A program made the position numbers and the translations under genes. Below, piece by piece: positions 1 to 7,077 of a stretch of DNA of 18,760 nucleotides (position 1 is the first letter of the stretch; every line of letters begins with the position of its first letter). The notes under the pieces were generated by a model. It saw nothing but the letters and a program-made list of their open reading frames with translations, did not search any database and was not told the origin of the DNA. Origin of the DNA: Candidatus Omnitrophota bacterium (GTDB taxonomy: Bacteria; Omnitrophota; Gorgyraeia; Gygaellales; Profunditerraquicolaceae); assembly GCA_049517335.1 (NCBI GenBank), contig JBEKSD010000022.1:1-18760 (forward strand), in the 5' to 3' direction.

Positions 1-1
1 G

Positions 2-1564
2 ATTAATATCATTGCGAATATCCCTTCGGAAGGGCGCGTTGTGGGCCTTGCGTTAAACAGGGCAGTGCCGGTAGTAATCGATACCCCGCGTTCCAAGGTG
101 GCAATCGCGTTAAAGGGCTTAAGTGAGACGTTCGTTACAAAAAAAGAAATATTCCTGGAGCATAAAGAAATAGACCAGCTTAAGTTGAAAGAAGTTGCCG
201 TCGAGAAAGTCGGAGGTTTCTGGAGCCAGCAAGGGCTTGGAGAGGTTCCTTCAGCTATCGAAATTTCCGAGGAGAAAGAAGATGAAATAGTTTATCTTAA
301 AAAGCGTATACACAGCCGGCTTATCGAGCAGCTTAATATCAAGCGGCTTGATTTGAAGGTTTTTAGCGATTCTAAACTTTCAAAGGATTTAAGAGACAGG
401 GCTGCCGTAATGGTGACTAATCTGATAGCGGAAGAAGCAGGAAGTTTTATTTCTTCGGAACAATTACGCAGAAAACTGGTTAAGGAAATAGTTGATGAAG
501 CCTTAGGACTTGGCGCTTTGGAAGATTTATTGGCTGATCCTGAGATTACCGATATCATGGTCAACAATAAGAATGAAATTTATGTTGAGCGGCAGGGAAA
601 ACTGGAGTTAACCAGCAAGAAGTTTATTTCTAATGAACAGGTAAAAACCATTATTGAGCGTATCATCGCTCCTATCGGAAGGCGTATTGATGAGTCAGTG
701 CCGATGGTGGATGCCCGTTTAACGGACGGTTCACGCGTAAATGCCATCATACCCCCGCTTTCTTTAACCGGTCCAACGCTGACAATCAGAAAATTCAGAA
801 AAGAAAGATTTAAAGTAGAAGAACTTATTTCGTTTGGCACAACGACTCAGGCAATGGCGGAGTTCATACAGGGATGTGTTTTGTGCCGGAAAAATATGAT
901 TGTTTCGGGTGGCACAGGTTCAGGTAAAACAACTATCCTGAACGTTCTTTCATCGTTTATCCCCGAAGATGAACGCATTATTACAATTGAAGACGCAGCC
1001 GAGTTGAAACTTAATCAGAGCCACTGGATCCGTCTTGAATCTCGTCCTCCCAACATCGAGGGGAAAGGCGCAATTACCATAAGGGATCTTTTTAAAAACA
1101 CCCTGCGTATGAGGCCTGACCGTATAGTAATAGGCGAGTGCCGCGGGGGAGAGACTTTAGATATGCTACAGGCAATGAACACCGGCCACGACGGCTCAAT
1201 GACTACTTTGCATGCAAACTCTACTCAGGACGTTATCAGCCGCATGGACTCGCTTATCCTTATGTCCGGTGTTGAGCTGCCGCTGCGTGCCATCAGGGAA
1301 ATGGTATCTTCGGCTATCCACGTTATCGTACATACGGCCCGTCTTTCCGACGGTTCGCGCAAGATAACCCAGGTTACGGAACTCGCCGGGATGCTGGATG
1401 AAAGCCACGTAAACTTAAAAGACGTCTTTGCGTTTAAACAAAGCGGAATAGATGAGAAAGGGAAAATCATCGGAGAATTCCGGCCCACCGGTTATATCCC
1501 AACCTTTTTTGAAGATTTTAAAGTGAAGGGCATTAAGATTCCCGAAACTATTTTTAGGGCTTAA
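2..1564 (+). CDS. tadA: Tad/Flp pilus assembly ATPase CpaF/TadA, 5'-partial, apparently fused to an N-terminal CpaE/TadZ (MinD/ParA-like) domain
   Basis: Walker A GGTGSGKT, Asp box TIEDAAEL, LRMRPDRIVIGECRG and MNTGHDGSMTTLHAN are typical of CpaF/VirB11 ATPases. The frame is open from base 2 (INIIANIPSEGRVVGLALNRAVPVVIDTPRSKVAIALKGL, like a MinD/CpaE C-terminus), so the GTG at 41 is probably not the true start. Confidence 0.93.
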   Translation: MNIIANIPSEGRVVGLALNRAVPVVIDTPRSKVAIALKGLSETFVTKKEIFLEHKEIDQLKLKEVAVEKVGGFWSQQGLGEVPSAIEISEEKEDEIVYLKKRIHSRLIEQLNIKRLDLKVFSDSKLSKDLRDRAAVMVTNLIAEEAGSFISSEQLRRKLVKEIVDEALGLGALEDLLADPEITDIMVNNKNEIYVERQGKLELTSKKFISNEQVKTIIERIIAPIGRRIDESVPMVDARLTDGSRVNAIIPPLSLTGPTLTIRKFRKERFKVEELISFGTTTQAMAEFIQGCVLCRKNMIVSGGTGSGKTTILNVLSSFIPEDERIITIEDAAELKLNQSHWIRLESRPPNIEGKGAITIRDLFKNTLRMRPDRIVIGECRGGETLDMLQAMNTGHDGSMTTLHANSTQDVISRMDSLILMSGVELPLRAIREMVSSAIHVIVHTARLSDGSRKITQVTELAGMLDESHVNLKDVFAFKQSGIDEKGKIIGEFRPTGYIPTFFEDFKVKGIKIPETIFRA

Positions 1565-1582
1565 GAGAATACCAGCCTGGCA

Positions 1583-1924
1583 ATGAAAATAATCAATATA
1601 ACTAAAAATGCAATTTTAGCGGATAATACAATTCTCGCACAAACTGTTCTTGCGCGCCTTAAGGGTTTGCTTTTTCGTAAAGAATTCAGGAATGGGGAGG
1701 CCTTAATTATTAAACCCTGCAACTCAATACATACATTCTTTATGCGCTTCCCGATAGATGTAATTTTCATTGATTCTAATAATAAAATTGTAAAGATTCG
1801 TAAAGGAATTAAGCCTTTCAGAGCTACTCCTGTTTATTTTAAGAGTAAGTTTGTTATTGAGCTTCCTTCTGGCACTGCCGCAGCTGCAAATACAGAAGAA
1901 TCCGACCAGCTATCCATTGAATAA
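1583..1924 (+). CDS. DUF192 family protein
   Basis: RLKGLLFR...ALIIKPCNSIHTFFMRFPIDVIFID...VIELPSG matches the DUF192 pattern, which is often found next to tad genes. Confidence 0.88.
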   Translation: MKIINITKNAILADNTILAQTVLARLKGLLFRKEFRNGEALIIKPCNSIHTFFMRFPIDVIFIDSNNKIVKIRKGIKPFRATPVYFKSKFVIELPSGTAAAANTEESDQLSIE

Positions 1925-1953
1925 AACTTTAAATCTAGACACCCAGCACAACC

Positions 1954-1977
1954 GGGGCCGGAATTAATTCCGGCCCC
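1954..1977. terminator. Perfect 24-bp palindrome, probable terminator or stability hairpin after DUF192
   Basis: GGGGCCGGAATTAATTCCGGCCCC is self-complementary. Only a weak T-tract (GATTT) follows. Confidence 0.5.
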
Positions 1978-2000
1978 CGATTTAGGTTAAAACTAAACAC

Positions 2001-2029
2001 TTGACATCCTAATCCCTTTGGGCAATAAT
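2001..2029 (+). promoter_or_regulatory. Putative sigma70 promoter for the 622-aa gene
   Basis: TTGACA (2001-2006), 17 bp, AATAAT (2024-2029). GGAG at 2052-2055 precedes ATG 2061. Confidence 0.5.
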
Positions 2030-2060
2030 AGCTGAAAAGAATGTCCAATCTGGAGAAAAT

Positions 2061-3929
2061 ATGGGAGTTACCCACAAATTAGTGCCGGAACTTATAGAAT
2101 TTATCATCCAGCAAAAAAAGAACAATCCTGGCTTGAGCTGCCGCAGTTTAGCCAGCCTGATTGATAGTAAATTTCAAATCAGAGTATCTAAATCCAGCGT
2201 AAACCAGATACTCAAAGAAGCAGGCCTTAGTCAGCCTGTCGGCCGTAAGACCTCTAAAAGCGGGGAAACATTAAAGGAAAGAATACGCCTCGTTTTAAGC
2301 CCTGAGGCAGAGGCAAAGGAGCAGGCGCATAAAGAGACGGAAGAGAAAGAGCCTAAAGAAGCAGAAGATGAAACGCGTATTGAACAAGGGCGCCTTAAGC
2401 TTGCACAGGAACGCATCCGCCTTGACGCAGAAAAAATAGCCGAAGAAGAGAAGCTGCTTCAGGAAAAAAAGAAGATTGAAAATGAGCTAAGAACTGCGGA
2501 GGAGGCAAAAAAGCTTGCCGAAGAGAAACGGCTTAAGGAAAAGCAGAAAAAAATAGCCGAAGCAAACCGCCTGAAAGCGGTAGAAGAACAACTGGAGCAG
2601 CCGATTGTGTTTGAAGAAAAAGAAAGAGATTGTTCGGGGCTGATCCTTTTAAAAACAATGGATTATCTGTTAGCCGGAAGCAGTAAGTTTAACGCTTTAA
2701 TCAACAGGCAACTGGGAGGGACAGAAAAAGAAACAGCTGTTTTTAATGAAGGGTTTGTTTATTATTCTTTTCTTGAAAAAACACATACGGGGTTTTCTCT
2801 CTTGAGTGCGCTTTTAGACACAGATATAGCCGCCGATAAATTCAGGGATTATTTTTCCCGGGTCCAAGAGATTAAAACTTTACCCATTGAGCTTTCCAGC
2901 GCGCTCGCTGATATTTTTAAAGAAATCAGGTGCTTAAAGATTATTTTTGTGGACGGAAGCTTCCTTTATCTGGACGCGGATTTCTACACCACATGGTCTA
3001 CGCAATATACGCCTTATGACTTTTCCGCCTGCGTTAATAAAGTAAAAAGCGACCTGAATAAATATTTTCTGAATACCCGCCCGCTGGTCCTTTTTATGGC
3101 TCCCGGATATGATTTTCCTTCAAAAGAATTTATGGGCCTGATCTTGAATTTTAATTTTGAAAGGAATACTCCCCAGACTATCACGCTCTACGATAATAAA
3201 CTCGCCGAAATTTCCAGTGTGCGCCTTACCTCAAGGAAAACAAAATACCAGCTGGTCTTCGGGTTATGGCCGTGGCAATTTGTGGGCGTGCGTACTGTGA
3301 AAAGCTTGGGCGAATTTGTCTCATACCGCTTGGGAAAGCTTAATAACGATTTCTGCCTTGCGGATATCCAGCTTGAGCTTATGCATCCGGAAACAAAACA
3401 AAAAGTTTTATTGAACGGTTGCGCTTTAAAAAATTCCCTTCCTGAGCAGACACGGCTTGTTATTTTGACAAATGCGCGTAAAGGCACTTTTAAGCTGGAG
3501 GAACTTGCGGAGATGTATCTATGTAAGTGGCCGAATCAGGAAGAAGCCTTTCAGGACTATTCAAGGAAAGTTGAACTTTTTACCTATACCGCCGATTCAC
3601 AAAAATTCTTATCCCCGGATTTTTTGAAGGAAAAACTAGAAAAGGCGAAGGATGCAAACAGCATATTTACTATCTATCTGGAATTATTGGAGTTATATCT
3701 TAAATGGCATTTTCTGCCCACGGGTTACGAAGAAAAAGATTTCCAGACCATGAAATCAAGGTTTTATGACCTAACCGTACACGTTACTCCCAAGGAAAAT
3801 ATCACTAAGGTAACTTTTAGTGTGCCTGCCGGCTACGCTTATTCCCGGGACTTGGAATACCTCCTCCGGCGCCTGAATGAAAGAAACATTGAATTTTATC
3901 CCGGTAAGCCGGTTAAATTTTCTCTGTAA
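2061..3929 (+). CDS. Hypothetical protein: N-terminal HTH, E/K-rich coiled coil, C-terminal region resembling a degenerate DDE transposase
   Basis: The N-terminus PGLSCRSLASLIDSKFQIRVSKSSVNQILKEAGL resembles a transposase-type HTH. Residues about 80-185 form a charged coiled coil. LVILTN...EELAEMYLCKWPNQEEAFQDY resembles the IS4-superfamily 'LxTN...Yx2RWxxE..F' region. The ORF is secure; the product call is inference. Confidence 0.65.
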   Translation: MGVTHKLVPELIEFIIQQKKNNPGLSCRSLASLIDSKFQIRVSKSSVNQILKEAGLSQPVGRKTSKSGETLKERIRLVLSPEAEAKEQAHKETEEKEPKEAEDETRIEQGRLKLAQERIRLDAEKIAEEEKLLQEKKKIENELRTAEEAKKLAEEKRLKEKQKKIAEANRLKAVEEQLEQPIVFEEKERDCSGLILLKTMDYLLAGSSKFNALINRQLGGTEKETAVFNEGFVYYSFLEKTHTGFSLLSALLDTDIAADKFRDYFSRVQEIKTLPIELSSALADIFKEIRCLKIIFVDGSFLYLDADFYTTWSTQYTPYDFSACVNKVKSDLNKYFLNTRPLVLFMAPGYDFPSKEFMGLILNFNFERNTPQTITLYDNKLAEISSVRLTSRKTKYQLVFGLWPWQFVGVRTVKSLGEFVSYRLGKLNNDFCLADIQLELMHPETKQKVLLNGCALKNSLPEQTRLVILTNARKGTFKLEELAEMYLCKWPNQEEAFQDYSRKVELFTYTADSQKFLSPDFLKEKLEKAKDANSIFTIYLELLELYLKWHFLPTGYEEKDFQTMKSRFYDLTVHVTPKENITKVTFSVPAGYAYSRDLEYLLRRLNERNIEFYPGKPVKFSL

Positions 3930-3970
3930 CCATTAAAAAGAAAACGGTTTCAATTTAAGGGCTAGAGACA

Positions 3971-3999
3971 TTGACGCCTGCTTACAGCGGTGTTATATT
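3971..3999 (+). promoter_or_regulatory. Putative sigma70 promoter of the pilin array
   Basis: TTGACG (3971-3976), 17 bp, TATATT (3994-3999) with an extended -10 TG at 3991-3992. A bulged hairpin CTGCTCCCTAT...ATAGGGGCAG (4004-4031) follows in the putative 5' UTR. Confidence 0.65.
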
Positions 4000-4048
4000 T
4001 TATCTGCTCCCTATAATATAGATAGGGGCAGGTAAAAAAGGAAGTAAT

Positions 4049-4210
4049 ATGAAAAAGCCACGGAAGAATAACGCTCAGAGCGCTGTCGAGTTTATTATTA
4101 TTTTCGTTATTGTAGCTGTCGCCTCGGTATTACTGGTGAACAGTATGCCGACTATTTTTAATACGTACATCAATAAATGTACGGGAGCAATAACAGGAGA
4201 TATCCAATGA
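4049..4210 (+). CDS. Flp-like prepilin 1 (53 aa, not in ORF track)
   Basis: Hand translation: MKKPRKNNA|QSAVEFIIIFVIVAVASVLLVNSMPTIFNTYINKCTGAITGDIQ. Basic leader, A|QxxxE class III signal, hydrophobic helix. AAGGA upstream and an ATGA overlap with the next gene. Confidence 0.85.
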   Translation: MKKPRKNNAQSAVEFIIIFVIVAVASVLLVNSMPTIFNTYINKCTGAITGDIQ

Positions 4211-4368
4211 TAATTTTGCAGCGTCGTGGGCAGAATATGATTGAATATACGGTTTTAGTGATGATAGTCGCTGCCGCCTTAATTGCCATGACTACTTATA
4301 TGATGCGTTCAATGAATGCAAGGATTAAACAGACGCAGGATGAATTAAATTATTACCGTGTTGAATAA
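4207..4368 (+). CDS. Flp-like prepilin 2 (53 aa)
   Basis: MIILQRRG|QNMIEYTVLVMIVAAALIAMTTYMMRSMNARIK. Start 4207 is preferred over 4177 because of ATGA coupling and the AGGAG upstream. Confidence 0.87.
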   Translation: MIILQRRGQNMIEYTVLVMIVAAALIAMTTYMMRSMNARIKQTQDELNYYRVE

Positions 4369-4383
4369 AGAAAGGGGTGCAGG

Positions 4384-4557
4384 ATGAAGAGATGTAAGGC
4401 TCAGAGTACGCTTGAATACGTAATTATTCTTGCAGCAATTATCGGCGCAATAGTCCTTGTGGCAAATACCATTTTGAAACCGAAACTACAGGCGAGCTAC
4501 AGCGGCTTAACCGATAAAATGCAGACTAAGGTGGAGCAAGTTAATTTTGGGAATTAG
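4384..4557 (+). CDS. Flp-like prepilin 3 (57 aa, not in ORF track)
   Basis: Hand translation: MKRCKA|QSTLEYVIILAAIIGAIVLVANTILKPKLQASYSGLTDKMQTKVEQVNFGN. AAGGGG RBS upstream. Confidence 0.87.
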   Translation: MKRCKAQSTLEYVIILAAIIGAIVLVANTILKPKLQASYSGLTDKMQTKVEQVNFGN

Positions 4558-4581
4558 TTTTTAATATAGGGAGGTGAAAAA

Positions 4582-4917
4582 ATGTTGAAGCTTATGAGAA
4601 GGGGTCAAAGCACGGCAGAGTATGCCATAGTTATCGGCTTGGTCATTGCCGCGGCTGTAGCTATGCAAGTCTATGTAAAGCGCGGCTTACAGGGTAAAAT
4701 CAAAGTAGCCACTGATTATACCGATTCGGATGCGGCCAGCGTCGTCGGTAATGCCGGACAATATGAGCCGTATTATCAGTCATCGGATATGACAGGGACA
4801 CATACTACGAGTCTCACAGAAAATACTGCAACGGGTGGCGCGGTTACCAGGACTACAGGAAATGATACCAGCACTAGAACAGGAACTTCTACTGTAGGCG
4901 CTGTGCAGAATCCTTAA
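4582..4917 (+). CDS. Flp/Tad prepilin 4 with Thr-rich tail
   Basis: RRG|QSTAEYAIVIGLVIAAAVAMQVYVKRGLQGK. Strong RBS GGAGGTG. Confidence 0.9.
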   Translation: MLKLMRRGQSTAEYAIVIGLVIAAAVAMQVYVKRGLQGKIKVATDYTDSDAASVVGNAGQYEPYYQSSDMTGTHTTSLTENTATGGAVTRTTGNDTSTRTGTSTVGAVQNP

Positions 4918-4944
4918 TAAATTTTGTTCAAAAGGAGGTTTAGA

Positions 4945-5253
4945 ATGAATAAACGCAGGATGCGTGGCCAGGGTACTTTGGAGTATGTTATTCTGACCGG
5001 GTTTGTGGTTGCAGCACTTATTGCCATGGGTGTTTACATGAAGCGCGGCTTTCAGGGCAGGTTGCGTGAATCTACTGACCAGATCGGCGAGCAGTATTCA
5101 GCGCAGAATACTACGACAAATTATACGACGACCACTAATACAGTTCAGGAAGATAACCTGGCTGCTGGCGGCATAACTACAACTACTGTTTCAGAAAATA
5201 CCCAGACAAAAACCGGCAGTGAGAATGTTGCGGCTCTGAATACTGAACAATAA
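4945..5253 (+). CDS. Flp/Tad prepilin 5 with Thr-rich tail
   Basis: MNKRRMRG|QGTLEYVILTGFVVAALIAMGVYMKRGFQGR. AGGAGG at 4933-4938 favours ATG 4945 over TTG 4924. Confidence 0.9.
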   Translation: MNKRRMRGQGTLEYVILTGFVVAALIAMGVYMKRGFQGRLRESTDQIGEQYSAQNTTTNYTTTTNTVQEDNLAAGGITTTTVSENTQTKTGSENVAALNTEQ

Positions 5254-5259
5254 AAGTGG

Positions 5260-5613
5260 GTGATTAATATGCGTCGGGGCCAAGCTACGCTTGACTATGT
5301 CTGCTTGTTAGGTATTTTGATCGCTACGCTCATAGCTATGGGTATTTATATGAAACGTGGCTTCCAGGGAAAATACCGCGAATTAGGTGAACAGATTGGT
5401 TCGCAGTATTCTCCGAATGCAACCGTTTCAACTTTAACTAATCAGACTATTTCAGACACAAACTCTACTATAACAAATACCGTAAATAAAGTTTATAGTG
5501 CAGCAGGAGTTACAATTTCAGCTCAAAACCAACAAGATGATACTCAAGGAAGCAGTGAAATGCATTCGCGTACTCAGGATACAACCGGTGCGTTGGAGAG
5601 CGGGGGGGATTAA
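5260..5613 (+). CDS. Flp/Tad prepilin 6 (Asp instead of Glu at +5)
   Basis: RRG|QATLDYVCLLGILIATLIAMGIYMKRGFQGK. Start is GTG 5260 or ATG 5269. Confidence 0.87.
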   Translation: MINMRRGQATLDYVCLLGILIATLIAMGIYMKRGFQGKYRELGEQIGSQYSPNATVSTLTNQTISDTNSTITNTVNKVYSAAGVTISAQNQQDDTQGSSEMHSRTQDTTGALESGGD

Positions 5614-5981
5614 TGATCAAGATATTTAGTTCCAGAAAAGCCCAGAATTTGACGGAATTGGCCCTGCTTATCGGTGTCGTAGCCATGGTTTTTATAAGTA
5701 TGGAGGTTTATTTTAAGCGTGGTTTGCAGTCAAAAATAAAAAATATGACTGATAACTACATGACTAGTGGTGTGCTTGGTGGCGGTAACTTAGTATGGCC
5801 GGCTAATCAGGAAATTTATGCAACAGACATGCATAATTATGCGGTCCTGAATGCAAAGACCACAACGAATTCAAGCAGTACCGTAAATGTTGCGACTTTA
5901 GCCGGTGGAGGCACGGTTGCAACATCCCAGGTAGATATGAACGTTCCGGCATCGAGTTCCCATAGCGAAGCAACTTATTAA
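5613..5981 (+). CDS. Flp/Tad prepilin 7
   Basis: RKA|QNLTELALLIGVVAMVFISMEVYFKRGLQSK. TAATG overlap with the previous gene. Confidence 0.87.
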   Translation: MIKIFSSRKAQNLTELALLIGVVAMVFISMEVYFKRGLQSKIKNMTDNYMTSGVLGGGNLVWPANQEIYATDMHNYAVLNAKTTTNSSSTVNVATLAGGGTVATSQVDMNVPASSSHSEATY

Positions 5982-5995
5982 GACGGTGAGGTAAA

Positions 5996-6832
5996 ATGCT
6001 AAATCATAAAGGACAGGCAGTTACAGAGATGGCAATTTTTGGGACGTTAATTATTGCGGCTTTTGCTTTTGTTATAATGTTTAGCGAACGCATAAACCGC
6101 CAGCAATCCTATATCATGCAAGGATTCCGCGAATCGTTATATGAGGCGCGCACCTTACAAAATCCGGTTAGCTATACAAAAATTGCTGATCGCCGCATGC
6201 CCAATGTTTCCTCTCCCATGACTTTAGGCAGCCAAGAGACATTCAACACTACTAACAATACTATGTGGGGAAATGACTTTGCCAAATTGGATCAACCACA
6301 AATTTATTATAAAATCAATGATGCTAATTTAATACAAGTTGCGGAATCTCTTTCTACTAGTATTAGCGGCGGAGGGGGTTCCGGAGCAGTAATTACGCCG
6401 GTAATAACAAACGGTGTAATTACCGGTTTCACTATTAACTCAGGTGGTTCAGGTTATACTTCTGCTCCCACTATTACCATTTACGGTGGTAGCGGCACAA
6501 GCGCAACGGCAACGGCAGTAATAACAGATGGTGTTGTCACTGGTGTTACTATCACATCCGGAGGTTCAGGCTATGTTCCTGCACCTTCAGGAAATGTAAG
6601 CGAAGTCACTACGACTCAACAAACGACTCACACAGAAAACGAACAGACTTTAACAAAATCAGCTAGCGTAGATTCCGTAAGCGTCAGGCAGCTTAAGGCT
6701 CAAGATACGCTCATTGAGACTTCTCCAGATTATAATCAGACTTTTTACCTTGGCCCGGGTGGAAAATATTATGTTAACGACTCAGGCGGTGAGTCTAGGT
6801 CGGGTTCCTTGACTGCGGCGGGGGGGAGGTAA
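5996..6832 (+). CDS. TadE-like minor pilin carrying a tandem 39-aa beta repeat
   Basis: HKG|QAVTEMAIFGTLIIAAFAFVIMF N-terminus. GGTGAGG RBS. Internal Gly/Thr-rich repeat. Confidence 0.85.
   Translation: MLNHKGQAVTEMAIFGTLIIAAFAFVIMFSERINRQQSYIMQGFRESLYEARTLQNPVSYTKIADRRMPNVSSPMTLGSQETFNTTNNTMWGNDFAKLDQPQIYYKINDANLIQVAESLSTSISGGGGSGAVITPVITNGVITGFTINSGGSGYTSAPTITIYGGSGTSATATAVITDGVVTGVTITSGGSGYVPAPSGNVSEVTTTQQTTHTENEQTLTKSASVDSVSVRQLKAQDTLIETSPDYNQTFYLGPGGKYYVNDSGGESRSGSLTAAGGR
6362..6589 (+). repeat. Two copies of a 117-nt (39-aa) coding repeat
   Basis: ISGGGGSGAVITPVITNGVITGFTINSGGSGYTSAPTIT (6362-6478) and IYGGSGTSATATAVITDGVVTGVTITSGGSGYVPAPS (6479-6589). Confidence 0.85.
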
Positions 6833-6835
6833 TTA

Positions 6836-7075
6836 ATGAAAAGAAGAGCGCAGGCAACTCTTGAATTTACCTTTGTTTTTGTTATAATAATTGCATTAAT
6901 CTCAAGCTTATTCGTTATGTGGAAATGGTCAACGGATAATATCGTAAAAAGGCAGGAATGGTATAATGGTTCAAGAGTTGGAGCCGGTTCAATAGATACG
7001 CCGGGAGAACCGGAAGCTCAAGCGACAGTTCAACCATTAACGGATACTAATATGGTTTATCCGGAGAACAGATAA
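6836..7075 (+). CDS. TadE-like minor pilin
   Basis: MKRRA|QATLEFTFVFVIIIALISSLFVMW. GGAGG RBS. Confidence 0.87.
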   Translation: MKRRAQATLEFTFVFVIIIALISSLFVMWKWSTDNIVKRQEWYNGSRVGAGSIDTPGEPEAQATVQPLTDTNMVYPENR

Positions 7076-7077
7076 GA

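Noticed and set aside
292-1770. Short minus-strand ORFs over tadA and DUF192
   Set aside because: Antisense shadows of well-supported genes, with no recognisable motifs.
4049-5981. Pilin array as silent cassettes for recombinational antigenic variation or as DGR targets
   Set aside because: Each gene has its own start and leader, DNA identity among paralogs is limited to short stretches, and no recombinase or reverse transcriptase is seen.
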